Assembly: GCA_045643065.1 (NCBI GenBank)
Contig: JAZUKC010000027.1
Span: 443 to 64,442, forward strand
DNA from: Prevotella sp.
GTDB taxonomy: Bacteria; Bacteroidota; Bacteroidia; Bacteroidales; Bacteroidaceae
Length of the DNA: 64,000 nucleotides
Direction of reading: 5' to 3'
Shown: piece after piece, positions 36,560 to 47,283 of the stretch
How the letters are laid out: every line of letters starts with the position of its first letter
How positions within the stretch are numbered: the first letter of the stretch is position 1
The notes under the pieces: generated by a model
Seen by the model: the letters and a program-made list of their open reading frames with translations, nothing else
What the model was told of the DNA's origin: nothing
Database searches by the model: none
Position numbers and translations under genes: made by a program

Positions 36560-38788
36560 ATGACATTCACCGAACAAGAGCAAAAAGAATCTCTCCGACT
36601 GATAGACGAACTAAGAGAAAAAACACGTAGTTTCCTGTTCTCTACAGACGAGGAAAGACTCAAGGCTCATATAACGACAGCAATGATGAACAACGAGATC
36701 GAGCGAGACATGTTCGGTCTTAACCCTGTGTTGACTAATCTGCAGACAGCAATAATTGCTGTTGACGAGATAGGTTTGAAGCGTGACAGCATTCTTGCCA
36801 TCATGCTCTACCATAGTGTGCTGAACAACCATACTTCCTTAGAGGAAATAGAGCGTTCGTTTGGCGATGGTGTGGCATGTATCATACGTGGCATCATGAA
36901 GATACACTCGCTCTACGAGAAGACTCCAACCATCGGTAGCGAGAACTTCAGGAACTTGCTTCTTTCCTTTGCTGAAGACATGAGAGTCATTCTCATCATG
37001 ATTGCCGACCGTGTCAATCTGATGAGACAAATAAAGGCAAGCGACAATCTCGAGGCCGTACAGAAAGCTGCCGAAGAAGCAAGCTATCTCTATGCGCCAT
37101 TGGCTCATAAACTTGGTCTTTACAAGTTGAAAAGCGAACTTGAAGACCTCTCGCTGAAGTATCTGGAGCATGATGCCTATTATCATATTAAGGATAAACT
37201 GAACGCAACTAAGCAGGTGCGAGATGCTTACATCCGACAGTTCATCATTCCTATTCAGGAGAAACTTGAGAAGCTTGGATTGAAGTTCCACATGAAGGGC
37301 AGAACAAAGTCGATACACTCAATCTGGCAGAAGATGAAAAAGCAGAAGTGTCCATTTGAGGGTGTCTATGACTTGTTTGCCATTCGCATCATTCTTGATA
37401 GCGAACTTGATCGGGAAAAGATGGAGTGCTGGCAGGTGTATTCTGTCATTACCGACATGTATCAACCTAACCCTAAGCGTCTGCGCGACTGGCTTAGTGT
37501 GCCAAAGACCAACGGTTACGAGTCGCTTCACATCACCGTGCTTGGACCTTCCAACAAATGGGTAGAGGTACAGATACGAACAGAGCGAATGGACGATATC
37601 GCAGAGCATGGTCTTGCTGCCCACTGGCGTTATAAGGGTGTACGCTCGACAGAGGGCGGAATGGACGAATGGCTTGCTTCTATTCGTGCTGCCATGGAGG
37701 CTGGCGACGACCTTGAAGTGATGGATCAGTTCCGTAGTACGCTGGCTGAGAAAGAAATTTATGTATTTACACCTAAGGGCGACATTTTCAAGCTGATAGC
37801 AGGCAGTACGGTTCTTGATTTTGCCTTCCATATTCACTCGAAAGTGGGATGCCAATGTACGGGTGCGAAGATAAACGGTAAGGTGGTAAACATGCGTCAG
37901 GAACTTCACTCTGGCGACCAGGTGCAAATCATCACTTCCACACAACAGCATCCAAAGCACGACTGGCTGAACATCGTAAAGACATCACGTGCAAAATCGA
38001 AGATTCGCCTTGCGCTCAAAGAAACTACAGTCAAGGAAATCTCTATCACAAAGGAGATGATAGAGCGAAGGCTGAAGAATAGAAAGATGGAGTTTGACGA
38101 GATTGTCATTCAGCAGCTTGTCAAGAAGATGGGATTCAAAGAAGTGTCTGAGTTCTACAAGCAGGTGGCAGACGGAATGGTTGACATGCAGGTACTTCTT
38201 GAGCAATACCAGATGCTGAAATATCCAAGTACGGTGAACCATCAGAACGACCAGCCGGATCCTGACCATCGTTCAGCAGCAGAATATGTTATGAAGGAGG
38301 ATGTTCCTTCTACATTCCGAAGCAAAGGAAAAGATGCAGCATCAGATATTCTCACCATCGACAAGAGTCAAAAGGGATTGGATTACACCCTCGCCAGCTG
38401 TTGTAACCCTATCTATGGAGATGATGTATTTGGATTTGTTACCGTCTCTGGTGGCATAAAAATACACCGTTGCGACTGCCCTAATGCTCCCGAATTGAGA
38501 AGAAGATTCGGTTACAGAATAGTGGAAGCACGATGGAGCGGAAAGGGACAAAGTCAGTATAGCATTACGCTGAAAGTCATTGGTAATGATGACATTGGCA
38601 TTGTCTCAAACATTACTTCCATCATCTCAAAGGACGAGCAAATCATGATGCGTTCCATCAACATCGACTCTCATGACGGACTTTTCTCAGGTACGCTCGT
38701 TGTTAACCTCGACGACACGTCTCGTCTTGAGCAATTGATACGCAAACTCAGGACAGTAAAGGGTGTAAGAAACGTTACGAGAATGTAA
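36560..38788 (+). CDS. relA: RelA/SpoT family (p)ppGpp synthetase
   Basis: YAPLAHKLG, GRTKSIHSI, YESLH, EVQIRT, TGS (FTPKG) and ACT domains. The HD hydrolase motif appears degenerate (YHS). Confidence 0.93.
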   Translation: MTFTEQEQKESLRLIDELREKTRSFLFSTDEERLKAHITTAMMNNEIERDMFGLNPVLTNLQTAIIAVDEIGLKRDSILAIMLYHSVLNNHTSLEEIERSFGDGVACIIRGIMKIHSLYEKTPTIGSENFRNLLLSFAEDMRVILIMIADRVNLMRQIKASDNLEAVQKAAEEASYLYAPLAHKLGLYKLKSELEDLSLKYLEHDAYYHIKDKLNATKQVRDAYIRQFIIPIQEKLEKLGLKFHMKGRTKSIHSIWQKMKKQKCPFEGVYDLFAIRIILDSELDREKMECWQVYSVITDMYQPNPKRLRDWLSVPKTNGYESLHITVLGPSNKWVEVQIRTERMDDIAEHGLAAHWRYKGVRSTEGGMDEWLASIRAAMEAGDDLEVMDQFRSTLAEKEIYVFTPKGDIFKLIAGSTVLDFAFHIHSKVGCQCTGAKINGKVVNMRQELHSGDQVQIITSTQQHPKHDWLNIVKTSRAKSKIRLALKETTVKEISITKEMIERRLKNRKMEFDEIVIQQLVKKMGFKEVSEFYKQVADGMVDMQVLLEQYQMLKYPSTVNHQNDQPDPDHRSAAEYVMKEDVPSTFRSKGKDAASDILTIDKSQKGLDYTLASCCNPIYGDDVFGFVTVSGGIKIHRCDCPNAPELRRRFGYRIVEARWSGKGQSQYSITLKVIGNDDIGIVSNITSIISKDEQIMMRSINIDSHDGLFSGTLVVNLDDTSRLEQLIRKLRTVKGVRNVTRM

Positions 38789-38794
38789 GCAAGC

Positions 38795-38925
38795 GCTACA
38801 CGCTACAGTGCTACAGTTGAAAATGTGTGGGTGTGAAAATGAAAAAGAAAGTTTAAATATATATTTAACCATATAATTAGCGAGGACAAGGGCAGATTTT
38901 TTACTGTAGCACTGTAGCGTGTAGC
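38795..38925. repeat. palindromic element: 23-bp perfect inverted arms built from GCTACA(GT) repeats around an AT-rich spacer
   Basis: GCTACACGCTACAGTGCTACAGT (38795-38817) and ACTGTAGCACTGTAGCGTGTAGC (38903-38925). Confidence 0.9.
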
Positions 38926-38995
38926 ACCTTGTGGTGAATTTAATAGAGACGCGATGTCTATTTCGTGAAAACAGAAAGACTGTTTCTTAAAAACA

Positions 38996-39751
38996 TTATC
39001 TGACCGTCACATGAAAGCATCCCTGCTTAACTTCGTACTTAACATAGCAACGTCCTTCCTCCCTTAAGTCACGTAGCACTTCCGCCAGCACCCATTTAAG
39101 TGTGTCGTTGCTAACCTTCCGGCAATGCTTGCCTGGATATTCCACTGTCTGGTAACGGTTTTGTGAAATGTCGAATGTGGTTCCGTAAAGATGGCAAGAG
39201 TTCTCTGTTGCGTTGCCATTACGTTCTCTCAAACGGTCAACATCCTCACGAGTGCGGGTAACACTGGTAACGATGAACTTATGCAACGGAACACCTTTCA
39301 CGTAAAGCGAATCATAATAGTTTCGTCCGATATCATTAAGCAAGGTTGATGCTTTTGGCACGAGATAAGGAATACTTCGAGTCAGTTTCTCGACATAGAA
39401 ATAAGGATTGGCACCAACATATACGAGTTTTCCCTTCTGCTTATCTGCATCCGATCGCTTTGCCAAAGGAGCGACTCCAAGTGCCTCTGCCGACTGAAGA
39501 TGAACATCCTGCGAGTCAGGAAACGCATCCTTGAAACGAGCAACACTAAGGATAGCATGATTCGTAACATCAGGCAGCACTTTTTTAACGTTTGGAGTGT
39601 CAACATTCTCTGTTTGCATCACCGAATCAGTTTCATTAACGGCTTCATCATTCACGTTTTTTACAACATCAGGCACAGCACATCTATAGAGCGCAAGTAC
39701 CACAGTTATGATGCCAAATGCTTGTAAATATGTATTTTTTGATAGTTTCAT
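38996..39751 (-). CDS. DUF5715 family protein (possible DD-peptidase-like Zn fold)
   Basis: N-terminal membrane anchor, IVTSVTRT, SCHLYGTTFDIS, CFHVTVR. Confidence 0.8.
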   Translation of the reverse strand: MKLSKNTYLQAFGIITVVLALYRCAVPDVVKNVNDEAVNETDSVMQTENVDTPNVKKVLPDVTNHAILSVARFKDAFPDSQDVHLQSAEALGVAPLAKRSDADKQKGKLVYVGANPYFYVEKLTRSIPYLVPKASTLLNDIGRNYYDSLYVKGVPLHKFIVTSVTRTREDVDRLRERNGNATENSCHLYGTTFDISQNRYQTVEYPGKHCRKVSNDTLKWVLAEVLRDLREEGRCYVKYEVKQGCFHVTVR

Positions 39752-39849
39752 ACTGAAAGTTTTACTTTTTAGCGCACAAAGTTAAGAATTTTCATTGAAA
39801 TATAAAAACCTTTTTGTAATTTTGCAGAAAATTTTAATATATAATAATA

Positions 39850-40821
39850 TTGATAGAGAAACATATTGTAATTGAGGACGTCGATCCATTGATGTTCTAC
39901 GGAGTGAACAACGGACATCTGCAGATGCTGAAATCTCTGTTTCCAAAACTCCGCATCAATGCAAGAGGCAACGTGATTCGCCTTCTTGGCGACGAGGAAG
40001 AAATGTGTCAGGCGGAAGAAGACATAGAACTCATGCGCCGACACTTGCTGAAATACAACTCTATAAAAGAGGAAGATATTCTTGACATTGTCAAAGGCAG
40101 GAAGACCAAGGCCGACAGCGTCAAGGGTGTTATTGTGTATAATATTTCAGGAAGACCTATCAAGAGTCGTTCTGACAATCAACAGCAGTTGGTCGATGCT
40201 TTCGAGAAAAACGATATGATCTTTGCAGTTGGCCCTGCTGGTACTGGCAAGACGTATCTGAGTATTGCTCTTGCAGTAAAGGCGCTTAAGGAGAAAACGG
40301 TGAAAAGACTCATTCTCTCTCGTCCGGCTGTGGAGGCAGGTGAGAAACTCGGTTTCCTTCCTGGAGACATGAAGGATAAGATTGATCCGTATCTTAAGCC
40401 ACTGTATGATGCTCTCGAAGACATGATTCCTGCCGTAAAGCTTCAGGACATGATGGAGAAGCACATCATTCAGATTGCTCCATTGGCATTCATGCGTGGA
40501 CGAACACTGAACGATGCTGTAGTAATTCTCGACGAGGCGCAGAACACAACAACGGCTCAGATTAAGATGTTTCTCACTCGTATGGGTTGGAACACGAAGA
40601 TGATTATTACGGGTGACCTCACCCAGATAGACCTTCCTCCTAAGACAAAGTCAGGACTTAAGGATGCACTTGAGATACTGCATGATGTAGAAGGAATCTC
40701 CGTGGTAAACCTTAATGATAAGGATATCGTGCGCCATAAGCTTGTAACACGAATCGTAACAGCTTACAAGAAAGCTGAGGAGAAGAAACCTCTCCCTACC
40801 TCCACTGTTGGAGGAGAGTGA
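39850..40821 (+). CDS. phoH: PhoH family ATPase
   Basis: [38 protein letters not shown] start. Confidence 0.95.
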   Translation: MIEKHIVIEDVDPLMFYGVNNGHLQMLKSLFPKLRINARGNVIRLLGDEEEMCQAEEDIELMRRHLLKYNSIKEEDILDIVKGRKTKADSVKGVIVYNISGRPIKSRSDNQQQLVDAFEKNDMIFAVGPAGTGKTYLSIALAVKALKEKTVKRLILSRPAVEAGEKLGFLPGDMKDKIDPYLKPLYDALEDMIPAVKLQDMMEKHIIQIAPLAFMRGRTLNDAVVILDEAQNTTTAQIKMFLTRMGWNTKMIITGDLTQIDLPPKTKSGLKDALEILHDVEGISVVNLNDKDIVRHKLVTRIVTAYKKAEEKKPLPTSTVGGE

Positions 40822-40873
40822 TCACAAATTACAGATAAACAGAAAATCAAAACATAAAAAAACATATAACAAA

Positions 40874-41824
40874 ATGAACTCATTAATCAAGACCGATTAC
40901 AACTTCCCTGGTCAGAAGGGTGTTTATCGCGGCAAGACACGCGACTGTTATTTCGTAGGCGACGACCTCATGGTTATGATTGCCAGCGACCGTATCTCAG
41001 CATTTGATGTTGTGCTTCCAAAAGGCATTCCTTTCAAAGGTCAGGTGCTCAATCAGATTGCAGCTAAGTTCCTTGACGCTACAACAGACATCTGCCCTAA
41101 CTGGAAGTTGGCTTGTCCAGATCCTCAGGTGACAATAGGTCTTAAGTGTGAAGGTTTCAAGGTAGAGATGATCATTCGTGGCATCCTGACTGGTTCTGCA
41201 TGGCGCGATTATAAGAACGGTTGCCGTGAGATCTGTGGCGTAAAGCTCCCAGAGGGTATGCGCGAGAACGAGCGTTTCCCAGAGCCTATCATCACTCCTA
41301 CAACAAAGGCAGACGAGGGTCACGACCTGAACATCTCTAAGGAAGAGATCATAGCTCAGGGCATCGTCTCAAAGGAGGATTACGAGATTATGGAAGACTA
41401 CACACGCAAGCTCTTCGCTCGCGGTCAGGAGATTGCAGCAAAGCAGGGCTTGATTCTCGTTGACACAAAGTATGAGTTCGGCAAGCATGACGGTAAGGTT
41501 TATCTTATCGACGAGGTTCACACACCTGATTCTTCACGCTACTTCTATGCTGAGGGTTATGAGGAGAAGTTCGAGAAGGGTGAGGCTCAGAAGCAGCTCT
41601 CTAAGGAGTTTGTTCGCCAGTGGCTAATTGAGCATGACTTCATGAACCGTGAGGGCGACGTTATGCCAGAGATTACAGACGAGTATGCAGAGTCGGTTGC
41701 TGATCGCTACATTGAGCTCTACGAGGGTATCGTAGGCGAGAAGTTCGACCGCAGCACAGACACTTCTGACATTGCTGCACGCATAGAGAAGAACGTCAAC
41801 GAATGGCTGAAGGAGAATGCATAA
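40874..41824 (+). CDS. purC: SAICAR synthetase
   Basis: [36 protein letters not shown]. Start at MNSLIK. Confidence 0.96.
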   Translation: MNSLIKTDYNFPGQKGVYRGKTRDCYFVGDDLMVMIASDRISAFDVVLPKGIPFKGQVLNQIAAKFLDATTDICPNWKLACPDPQVTIGLKCEGFKVEMIIRGILTGSAWRDYKNGCREICGVKLPEGMRENERFPEPIITPTTKADEGHDLNISKEEIIAQGIVSKEDYEIMEDYTRKLFARGQEIAAKQGLILVDTKYEFGKHDGKVYLIDEVHTPDSSRYFYAEGYEEKFEKGEAQKQLSKEFVRQWLIEHDFMNREGDVMPEITDEYAESVADRYIELYEGIVGEKFDRSTDTSDIAARIEKNVNEWLKENA

Positions 41825-41864
41825 TTCGTAATGCATAATTCATAGCGCATAATTCATAATTAAT
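41819..41864 (+). repeat. heptamer tandem repeat (TAATTCA/TAATGCA type)
   Basis: GCATAATTCGTAATGCATAATTCATAGCGCATAATTCATAATT between purC and aroE. Confidence 0.7.
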
Positions 41865-41874
41865 TATATTTAAA

Positions 41875-42615
41875 GTGGATAAATACGGAATCATTGGTTT
41901 CCCTCTCGGGCACTCTTTCTCGCCTGGTTTCTTCAACGAGAAGTTCAAGAACGAAGGCATAGATGCTATCTACAAGAAGTATGAACTGCCCCAGATTGAC
42001 TCACTGCCAGAAACTCTGGCGATGAATCCGGAACTTAAGGGACTTAACGTCACCATTCCATACAAGCAGCAGGTAATGTCTTATCTCAACGAGATGAGCG
42101 AGGAGGCGACTGCCATTGGTGCAGTTAATGTCGTCAAGGTAACACGTAACGGCAAGAAACTACATCTCAAGGGTTTTAACAGCGATGTCATCGGTTTCAC
42201 CCGTAGCATCGAGCCTTACATCGACAGCCACCATAAGAAAGCGCTGGTACTTGGTACAGGTGGAGCGTCAAAAGCCATAGAGTATGGTTTGCATAAGCTT
42301 GGTTTAGAGACGCTTAAGGTAAGTCGCAGAAAGAGTGATGACACAATCACGTATGATGACATTACTCCAGAAATGATACGTGAGTACAACGTCATCGTCA
42401 ACTGTACACCTGTTGGAATGTATCCACACACAGACGAATGTCCACAGCTTCCATACGAAAGCATGGACAACCATACGTTGCTCTATGACCTGATTTACAA
42501 TCCAGACGAGACACTCTTTATGAAGAAAGGCAAGGCAAACGGAGCTGTCGTTAAGAACGGTCTTGAGATGCTGCTCCTACAGGCTTATGCTTCATGGGAA
42601 TTCTGGAATGAATAA
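41875..42615 (+). CDS. aroE: shikimate dehydrogenase
   Basis: GHSFSP, NVTIPYK, GAVN, GTGGA, DLIYNP, GLEMLLLQA. GTG start. Confidence 0.95.
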   Translation: MDKYGIIGFPLGHSFSPGFFNEKFKNEGIDAIYKKYELPQIDSLPETLAMNPELKGLNVTIPYKQQVMSYLNEMSEEATAIGAVNVVKVTRNGKKLHLKGFNSDVIGFTRSIEPYIDSHHKKALVLGTGGASKAIEYGLHKLGLETLKVSRRKSDDTITYDDITPEMIREYNVIVNCTPVGMYPHTDECPQLPYESMDNHTLLYDLIYNPDETLFMKKGKANGAVVKNGLEMLLLQAYASWEFWNE

Positions 42616-42690
42616 AAAAAAATCGTAGAAACGAATTAGAATTAATCAGTTAATACAAGTTTCGCAAACTTGCGAAAGTAGAATAAAAAT

Positions 42691-43857
42691 ATGAATAACA
42701 ACCGTTATATGATGCGCGGCGTAAGTGCCGCAAAGGAGGATGTGCATAACGCCATTAAGAATATAGATAAAGGTGTATTCCCACAGGCATTCTGCAAGAT
42801 TATCCCAGACATCCTTGGTGGCGACCCTGAGTATTGCAACATCATGCATGCTGATGGTGCCGGCACAAAGTCGTCGCTGGCTTACATGTACTGGAAGGAA
42901 ACTGGCGATTTGAACGTATGGAAAGGCATCGCTCAGGATGCTATCGTAATGAATACGGACGATCTTCTTTGTGTGGGTGCTGTTGACAACATTCTTGTGT
43001 CTTCAACCATCGGTCGCAACAAGATGCTCATACCTGGCGAGGTGATTTCTGCCGTAATCAACGGTACCGACGAGTTGCTCAGCGAAATGCGTGAGATGGG
43101 CGTTGGTATCTATCCTACTGGTGGCGAGACAGCCGATGTTGGCGACCTTGTGCGTACAATAATTGTCGATTCCACCGTTACTTGCCGTATGAAGCGTAGC
43201 GATGTGATTGATAATGCGAACATCCGTCCTGGCGATGTCATCGTGGGACTTTCTTCTTGTGGACAAGCTACTTACGAGAAGAAATATAACGGTGGAATGG
43301 GCTCAAATGGTCTTACTTCTGCTCGTCACGATGTTTTCTCAAAGTATCTTGCTGCGAAATATCCAGAGAGCTTTGACCAGAAGGTTCCAGACGAACTTGT
43401 TTATAGCGGAACAAAGAAACTTACCGATGAAATCGCTGAAACTGGTCTTGATGCTGGCCAGTTGGTTCTCTCCCCTACCCGTACCTACGCTCCTGTTATC
43501 AAGCGTATCCTCGACGAACTTCGCCCAGAGATTCACGGTATGGTTCACTGTACTGGTGGTGCTCAAACAAAGGTGCTTCACTTCGTCAACGATAACTGCC
43601 GCGTAATCAAGGACAACATGTTCCCTGTACCTCCACTCTTCAAGATGATTCACGACGAGAGCGGTACTGACTGGAAGGAGATGTACCAGGTGTTCAACAT
43701 GGGCCACCGCATGGAGATTTATGTTCGCCCTGAGGTTGCAGAGAAGGTAATTGAGATTAGCAAGTCATTCAATATTGACGCTCAGGTCATCGGTCATATC
43801 GAAGAAGGCGAAAAGTCATTGACAATTAAATCAGAATTTGGAGAATTTAACTATTAA
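42691..43857 (+). CDS. purM: AIR synthase (Bacteroidetes-type PurM)
   Basis: HADGAGTK, GGETADVGD, SNGLT, HCTGG, VFNMG. Confidence 0.92.
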   Translation: MNNNRYMMRGVSAAKEDVHNAIKNIDKGVFPQAFCKIIPDILGGDPEYCNIMHADGAGTKSSLAYMYWKETGDLNVWKGIAQDAIVMNTDDLLCVGAVDNILVSSTIGRNKMLIPGEVISAVINGTDELLSEMREMGVGIYPTGGETADVGDLVRTIIVDSTVTCRMKRSDVIDNANIRPGDVIVGLSSCGQATYEKKYNGGMGSNGLTSARHDVFSKYLAAKYPESFDQKVPDELVYSGTKKLTDEIAETGLDAGQLVLSPTRTYAPVIKRILDELRPEIHGMVHCTGGAQTKVLHFVNDNCRVIKDNMFPVPPLFKMIHDESGTDWKEMYQVFNMGHRMEIYVRPEVAEKVIEISKSFNIDAQVIGHIEEGEKSLTIKSEFGEFNY

Positions 43858-44966
43858 TGGATAATAATTCAATATTACAAAAACTTGACGGCCTTGAAGC
43901 ACGTTATGAAGAGGTCAGCACTTTGATCACTGACCCTTCGGTTATTGCTGACCAACAGCGCTATGTCAAGCTTACGCGTGAATACAAAGACCTCGAAGAC
44001 ATCATGAAGCTTCGCAAGAAGTACATGGATTGTCTTGAAGGAATATCGGAAGCAAAGGATATCATCATGAACGAGTCGGATCCTGACATGAAGGAGATGG
44101 CGCGTGAACAGCTTGCTGAGAACGAAGAACTCCAGCCAAAGCTCGAAGAGGACATCAAGATTGCACTCATTCCTAAAGATCCGGAAGACGCCAAGAACGT
44201 CCAGATGGAGATTCGTGCTGGAACAGGTGGCGACGAGGCTTGTCTCTTTGCTGGTGATATATTTAAAATGTATAAGGCATTCTGTGAGAGCAAAGGTTGG
44301 AGTCTTTCTGTTACTGACGTGTCGGAAGGTGCAGTTGGTGGTTATAAGGAGATAGACTTTGCTGTCAGCGGAGAGAATGTATATGGCGTGCTGAAGTATG
44401 AATCAGGTGTACATCGTGTTCAGCGTGTGCCTGTGACAGAATCAAACGGACGTATGCAGACATCTGCTGCTACCGTTGCCGTACTGCCTGAAGCAGACCC
44501 ATTTGAAGTTTCAATTAACGAAGGCGAAATCAAGTGGGACACATTCCGTTCTTCTGGTGCAGGTGGACAGAACGTCAACAAGGTGGAATCAGGTGTTCGT
44601 GCACGCTACATGTGGAAGAATCCTAACACCGGCGAGGTTGAGGAAATCCTTATCGAGTGTACCGAGACACGTGACCAGCCAAAGAACAAGGAACGTGCCC
44701 TTGCGCGTCTGCGTACATACATTTATGATAAGGAGCATCAGAAGTATGTGGACGACATAGCAAACCGTCGTAAGAGTCTTGTCTCTACAGGCGACCGTTC
44801 TGCAAAGATTCGTACCTACAACTTCCCTCAGGGACGTGTTACCGACCACCGTATCGGTTTCACTACTCATGACCTCACAGGTTTCCTCGATGGCAACATT
44901 CAGCCGATGATTGACGCCTTGACTGTTGCTGAGAATGCTGAGCGCATGAAGGAAGCAGAACTCTAA
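43857..44966 (+). CDS. prfA: peptide chain release factor 1
   Basis: PVT (PxT) recognition motif, GGQ, RTYNFPQGRVTDHRI. Confidence 0.97.
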   Translation: MDNNSILQKLDGLEARYEEVSTLITDPSVIADQQRYVKLTREYKDLEDIMKLRKKYMDCLEGISEAKDIIMNESDPDMKEMAREQLAENEELQPKLEEDIKIALIPKDPEDAKNVQMEIRAGTGGDEACLFAGDIFKMYKAFCESKGWSLSVTDVSEGAVGGYKEIDFAVSGENVYGVLKYESGVHRVQRVPVTESNGRMQTSAATVAVLPEADPFEVSINEGEIKWDTFRSSGAGGQNVNKVESGVRARYMWKNPNTGEVEEILIECTETRDQPKNKERALARLRTYIYDKEHQKYVDDIANRRKSLVSTGDRSAKIRTYNFPQGRVTDHRIGFTTHDLTGFLDGNIQPMIDALTVAENAERMKEAEL

Positions 44967-44996
44967 AATACTGAGTGATAGAGGATAAAATAACAT

Positions 44997-46253
44997 TTGC
45001 AACAACGCATCAAATCAGAGACAACATTGAGACATCTTATCAACATATTTGCTTTGATGATTCTACTAATCGTTCCTTGCTGTTCGTCAATATCTCCATA
45101 CATGACGTCGGCTGGGAACGTTGTCGTTTCTGATACGCTCAACGCATGGCTTGAGATTGACACCCTACAGTTTCATAGAAACATCGACTATCTGAAAGCC
45201 ATCATTGGCAAACAATCTGATATTTGCGTAGTTATGAAAGGCGATGCTTATGGCAACGGCATTTCTACTCTTATGCCTGTAGTTATAAATGCAGACATAA
45301 AGAGAGTTGCCATAACAAGCAATCAGGAGGCAAGAGATGTTCGTGCGAGTGGCTACAAGGGCAAGATCATGCGAATCAGAATAGCTACCGAAGGAGAGAT
45401 TCGCGAAGGCATTGACCTTGGCATCGAAGAACTGATAGGCAACCTTGAGCAAGCAAAAGTGATTGACGAGATAGCAAGTGAAAAGAATGCAATAGTTTCG
45501 TTCCATCTTGCGGTAAACGCAAACGGCATGAGCAGAAACGGTATAGAACTCAGCAACGGATACGACGAAGGTCTTGCCATTCTGAAACTTAGCAATCTGA
45601 AATGTATCGGCATGATGACTCACTACCCTGCCAACAAGGATGGAGAAATAATCAATCAGCTCAATCGTTTCAAGCAACAGACATCAACTCTGATACAAAA
45701 AGCAGGACTTAACCGTAAGGATTTGATTCTCAGTAGTGCTGCAACCTACGCTTCGCTCTATATTCCAGAAACGCGTCTTGACATGGTTCGTGTAGGTTCT
45801 GCTCTGTACCATTACGGTTACACAGAGAAGTTCAATCGTTTCAAAAAGATTATGTCGTTCAAGTCGCGAGTGGCATCCATACAGCAATTTCCTGCAGGCA
45901 ACACAGTCAGTTATAAGCGAACGCATAAACTTTCACGCAAATCGCGCCTTGCTAACATTCCGGTTGGATATGCCAATGGGCTTTCTACAGCTGTTGCCAA
46001 CAAAGGATTCATGCTCATCAGAGGACACAAATGTCTAATCGTGGGTAACGTAACGATGAATATAACGATGGTTGACGTTACTGATTTCCCTGACATTCAA
46101 CCCGGAGATGAAGTCGTTATTTACGGCAAACAAGGCGCAAATGAGATAACAGGAACTGACATAGGAAACTGGTCAGGAAGCAACCTTCTGTCTCAGTCAA
46201 TGTTCTGGGCAGCAGCTAACCCTAAGGTTGCCGTTGCCAATGGTACTGAATGA
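44997..46253 (+). CDS. exported broad-spectrum amino acid racemase (BsrV/Bsr-like, alanine racemase family)
   Basis: NAWLEI, CVVMKGDAYGNG (PLP Lys), IEELIG, AVNANGMSRNGI, catalytic Tyr in TVSY, C-terminal WAAANP. Hydrophobic N-terminus ending in Cys; start probably the TTG at 45027. Confidence 0.88.
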   Translation: MQQRIKSETTLRHLINIFALMILLIVPCCSSISPYMTSAGNVVVSDTLNAWLEIDTLQFHRNIDYLKAIIGKQSDICVVMKGDAYGNGISTLMPVVINADIKRVAITSNQEARDVRASGYKGKIMRIRIATEGEIREGIDLGIEELIGNLEQAKVIDEIASEKNAIVSFHLAVNANGMSRNGIELSNGYDEGLAILKLSNLKCIGMMTHYPANKDGEIINQLNRFKQQTSTLIQKAGLNRKDLILSSAATYASLYIPETRLDMVRVGSALYHYGYTEKFNRFKKIMSFKSRVASIQQFPAGNTVSYKRTHKLSRKSRLANIPVGYANGLSTAVANKGFMLIRGHKCLIVGNVTMNITMVDVTDFPDIQPGDEVVIYGKQGANEITGTDIGNWSGSNLLSQSMFWAAANPKVAVANGTE

Positions 46254-46367
46254 AATTATCATTCGCTACTAATGATAATTCCATTTGCTACTATTAACAT
46301 TGCCATTTGTATATAGTAGTAAACAAAAAATGTAAATTATTAATAACAAACTAAATATCTGATAATT

Positions 46368-47183
46368 ATGAACAGACAAGAACTGGTAAACCAGATAAAC
46401 AAAAAGAAGTCATTCCTCTGTGTAGGTCTTGATGTTGACTTGAAGAAAGTACCTGAACATCTTCTCTCGGAAGAAGATCCAATCTTCGCATTCAACAAGG
46501 CTATAATTGATGCGACAGCACCTTACACCGTAGCATATAAGCCAAACCTTGCTTTCTACGAGGCATTTGGCGTAAAGGGTATTATTGCTTTTGAGAAAAC
46601 AGTAAAGTATCTGAAAGAAAACTACCCAGAGCAGTTCATCATTGCCGACGCAAAGCGTGGTGACATTGGTAATACTTCTAAGATGTATGCACGCACATTC
46701 TTTGGTGAGTATGACGTTGATGCTCTGACAGTTGCACCATACATGGGCGAAGATTCCGTAACTCCATTCCTCGATGGATATGACAACAAATGGGTTATTC
46801 TTCTTGCCTTGACAAGCAATAAGGGTTCGTTTGACTTCCAGCTTACCACGGACACCGAAGGTGAACGACTGTTTGAGAAGGTCATCAAGAAATCGCAGCA
46901 ATGGGGCAATGACGAGAACATGATGTACGTTGTTGGCGCAACTCGCGGTGAGATGTTCAAGGATATTCGTGCCGTAGCACCTAATGCATTCCTCCTTGTT
47001 CCTGGTGTCGGCGCTCAGGGTGGTTCGCTTGAGGAAGTATGCAAGTATGGCATGATTGACGACTGTGGACTTCTCGTCAACTCAAGTCGTGGCATCATTT
47101 ATGCTTCCAACGGCAAGGACTTCGCTGAAGTTGCTGGCCAGAAGGCAAAAGAACTGCAGATGCAGATGGCTGCATTATTATAA
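46368..47183 (+). CDS. pyrF: orotidine-5'-phosphate decarboxylase
   Basis: [32 protein letters not shown]. Confidence 0.97.
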   Translation: MNRQELVNQINKKKSFLCVGLDVDLKKVPEHLLSEEDPIFAFNKAIIDATAPYTVAYKPNLAFYEAFGVKGIIAFEKTVKYLKENYPEQFIIADAKRGDIGNTSKMYARTFFGEYDVDALTVAPYMGEDSVTPFLDGYDNKWVILLALTSNKGSFDFQLTTDTEGERLFEKVIKKSQQWGNDENMMYVVGATRGEMFKDIRAVAPNAFLLVPGVGAQGGSLEEVCKYGMIDDCGLLVNSSRGIIYASNGKDFAEVAGQKAKELQMQMAALL

Positions 47184-47197
47184 TCAGATACAAAGTC

Positions 47198-47231
47198 ATT
47201 ACCCTCCCCCATCAATTCGGGGAGGGTAATT
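47198..47231 (+). terminator. hairpin after pyrF
   Basis: ATTACCCTCCCC...GGGGAGGGTAAT stem. Confidence 0.6.
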
Positions 47232-47283
47232 GTCATTTTAGAAAGTAATGCTTTATAAAGTCGCACGAGTTTAAAGAGGATTA

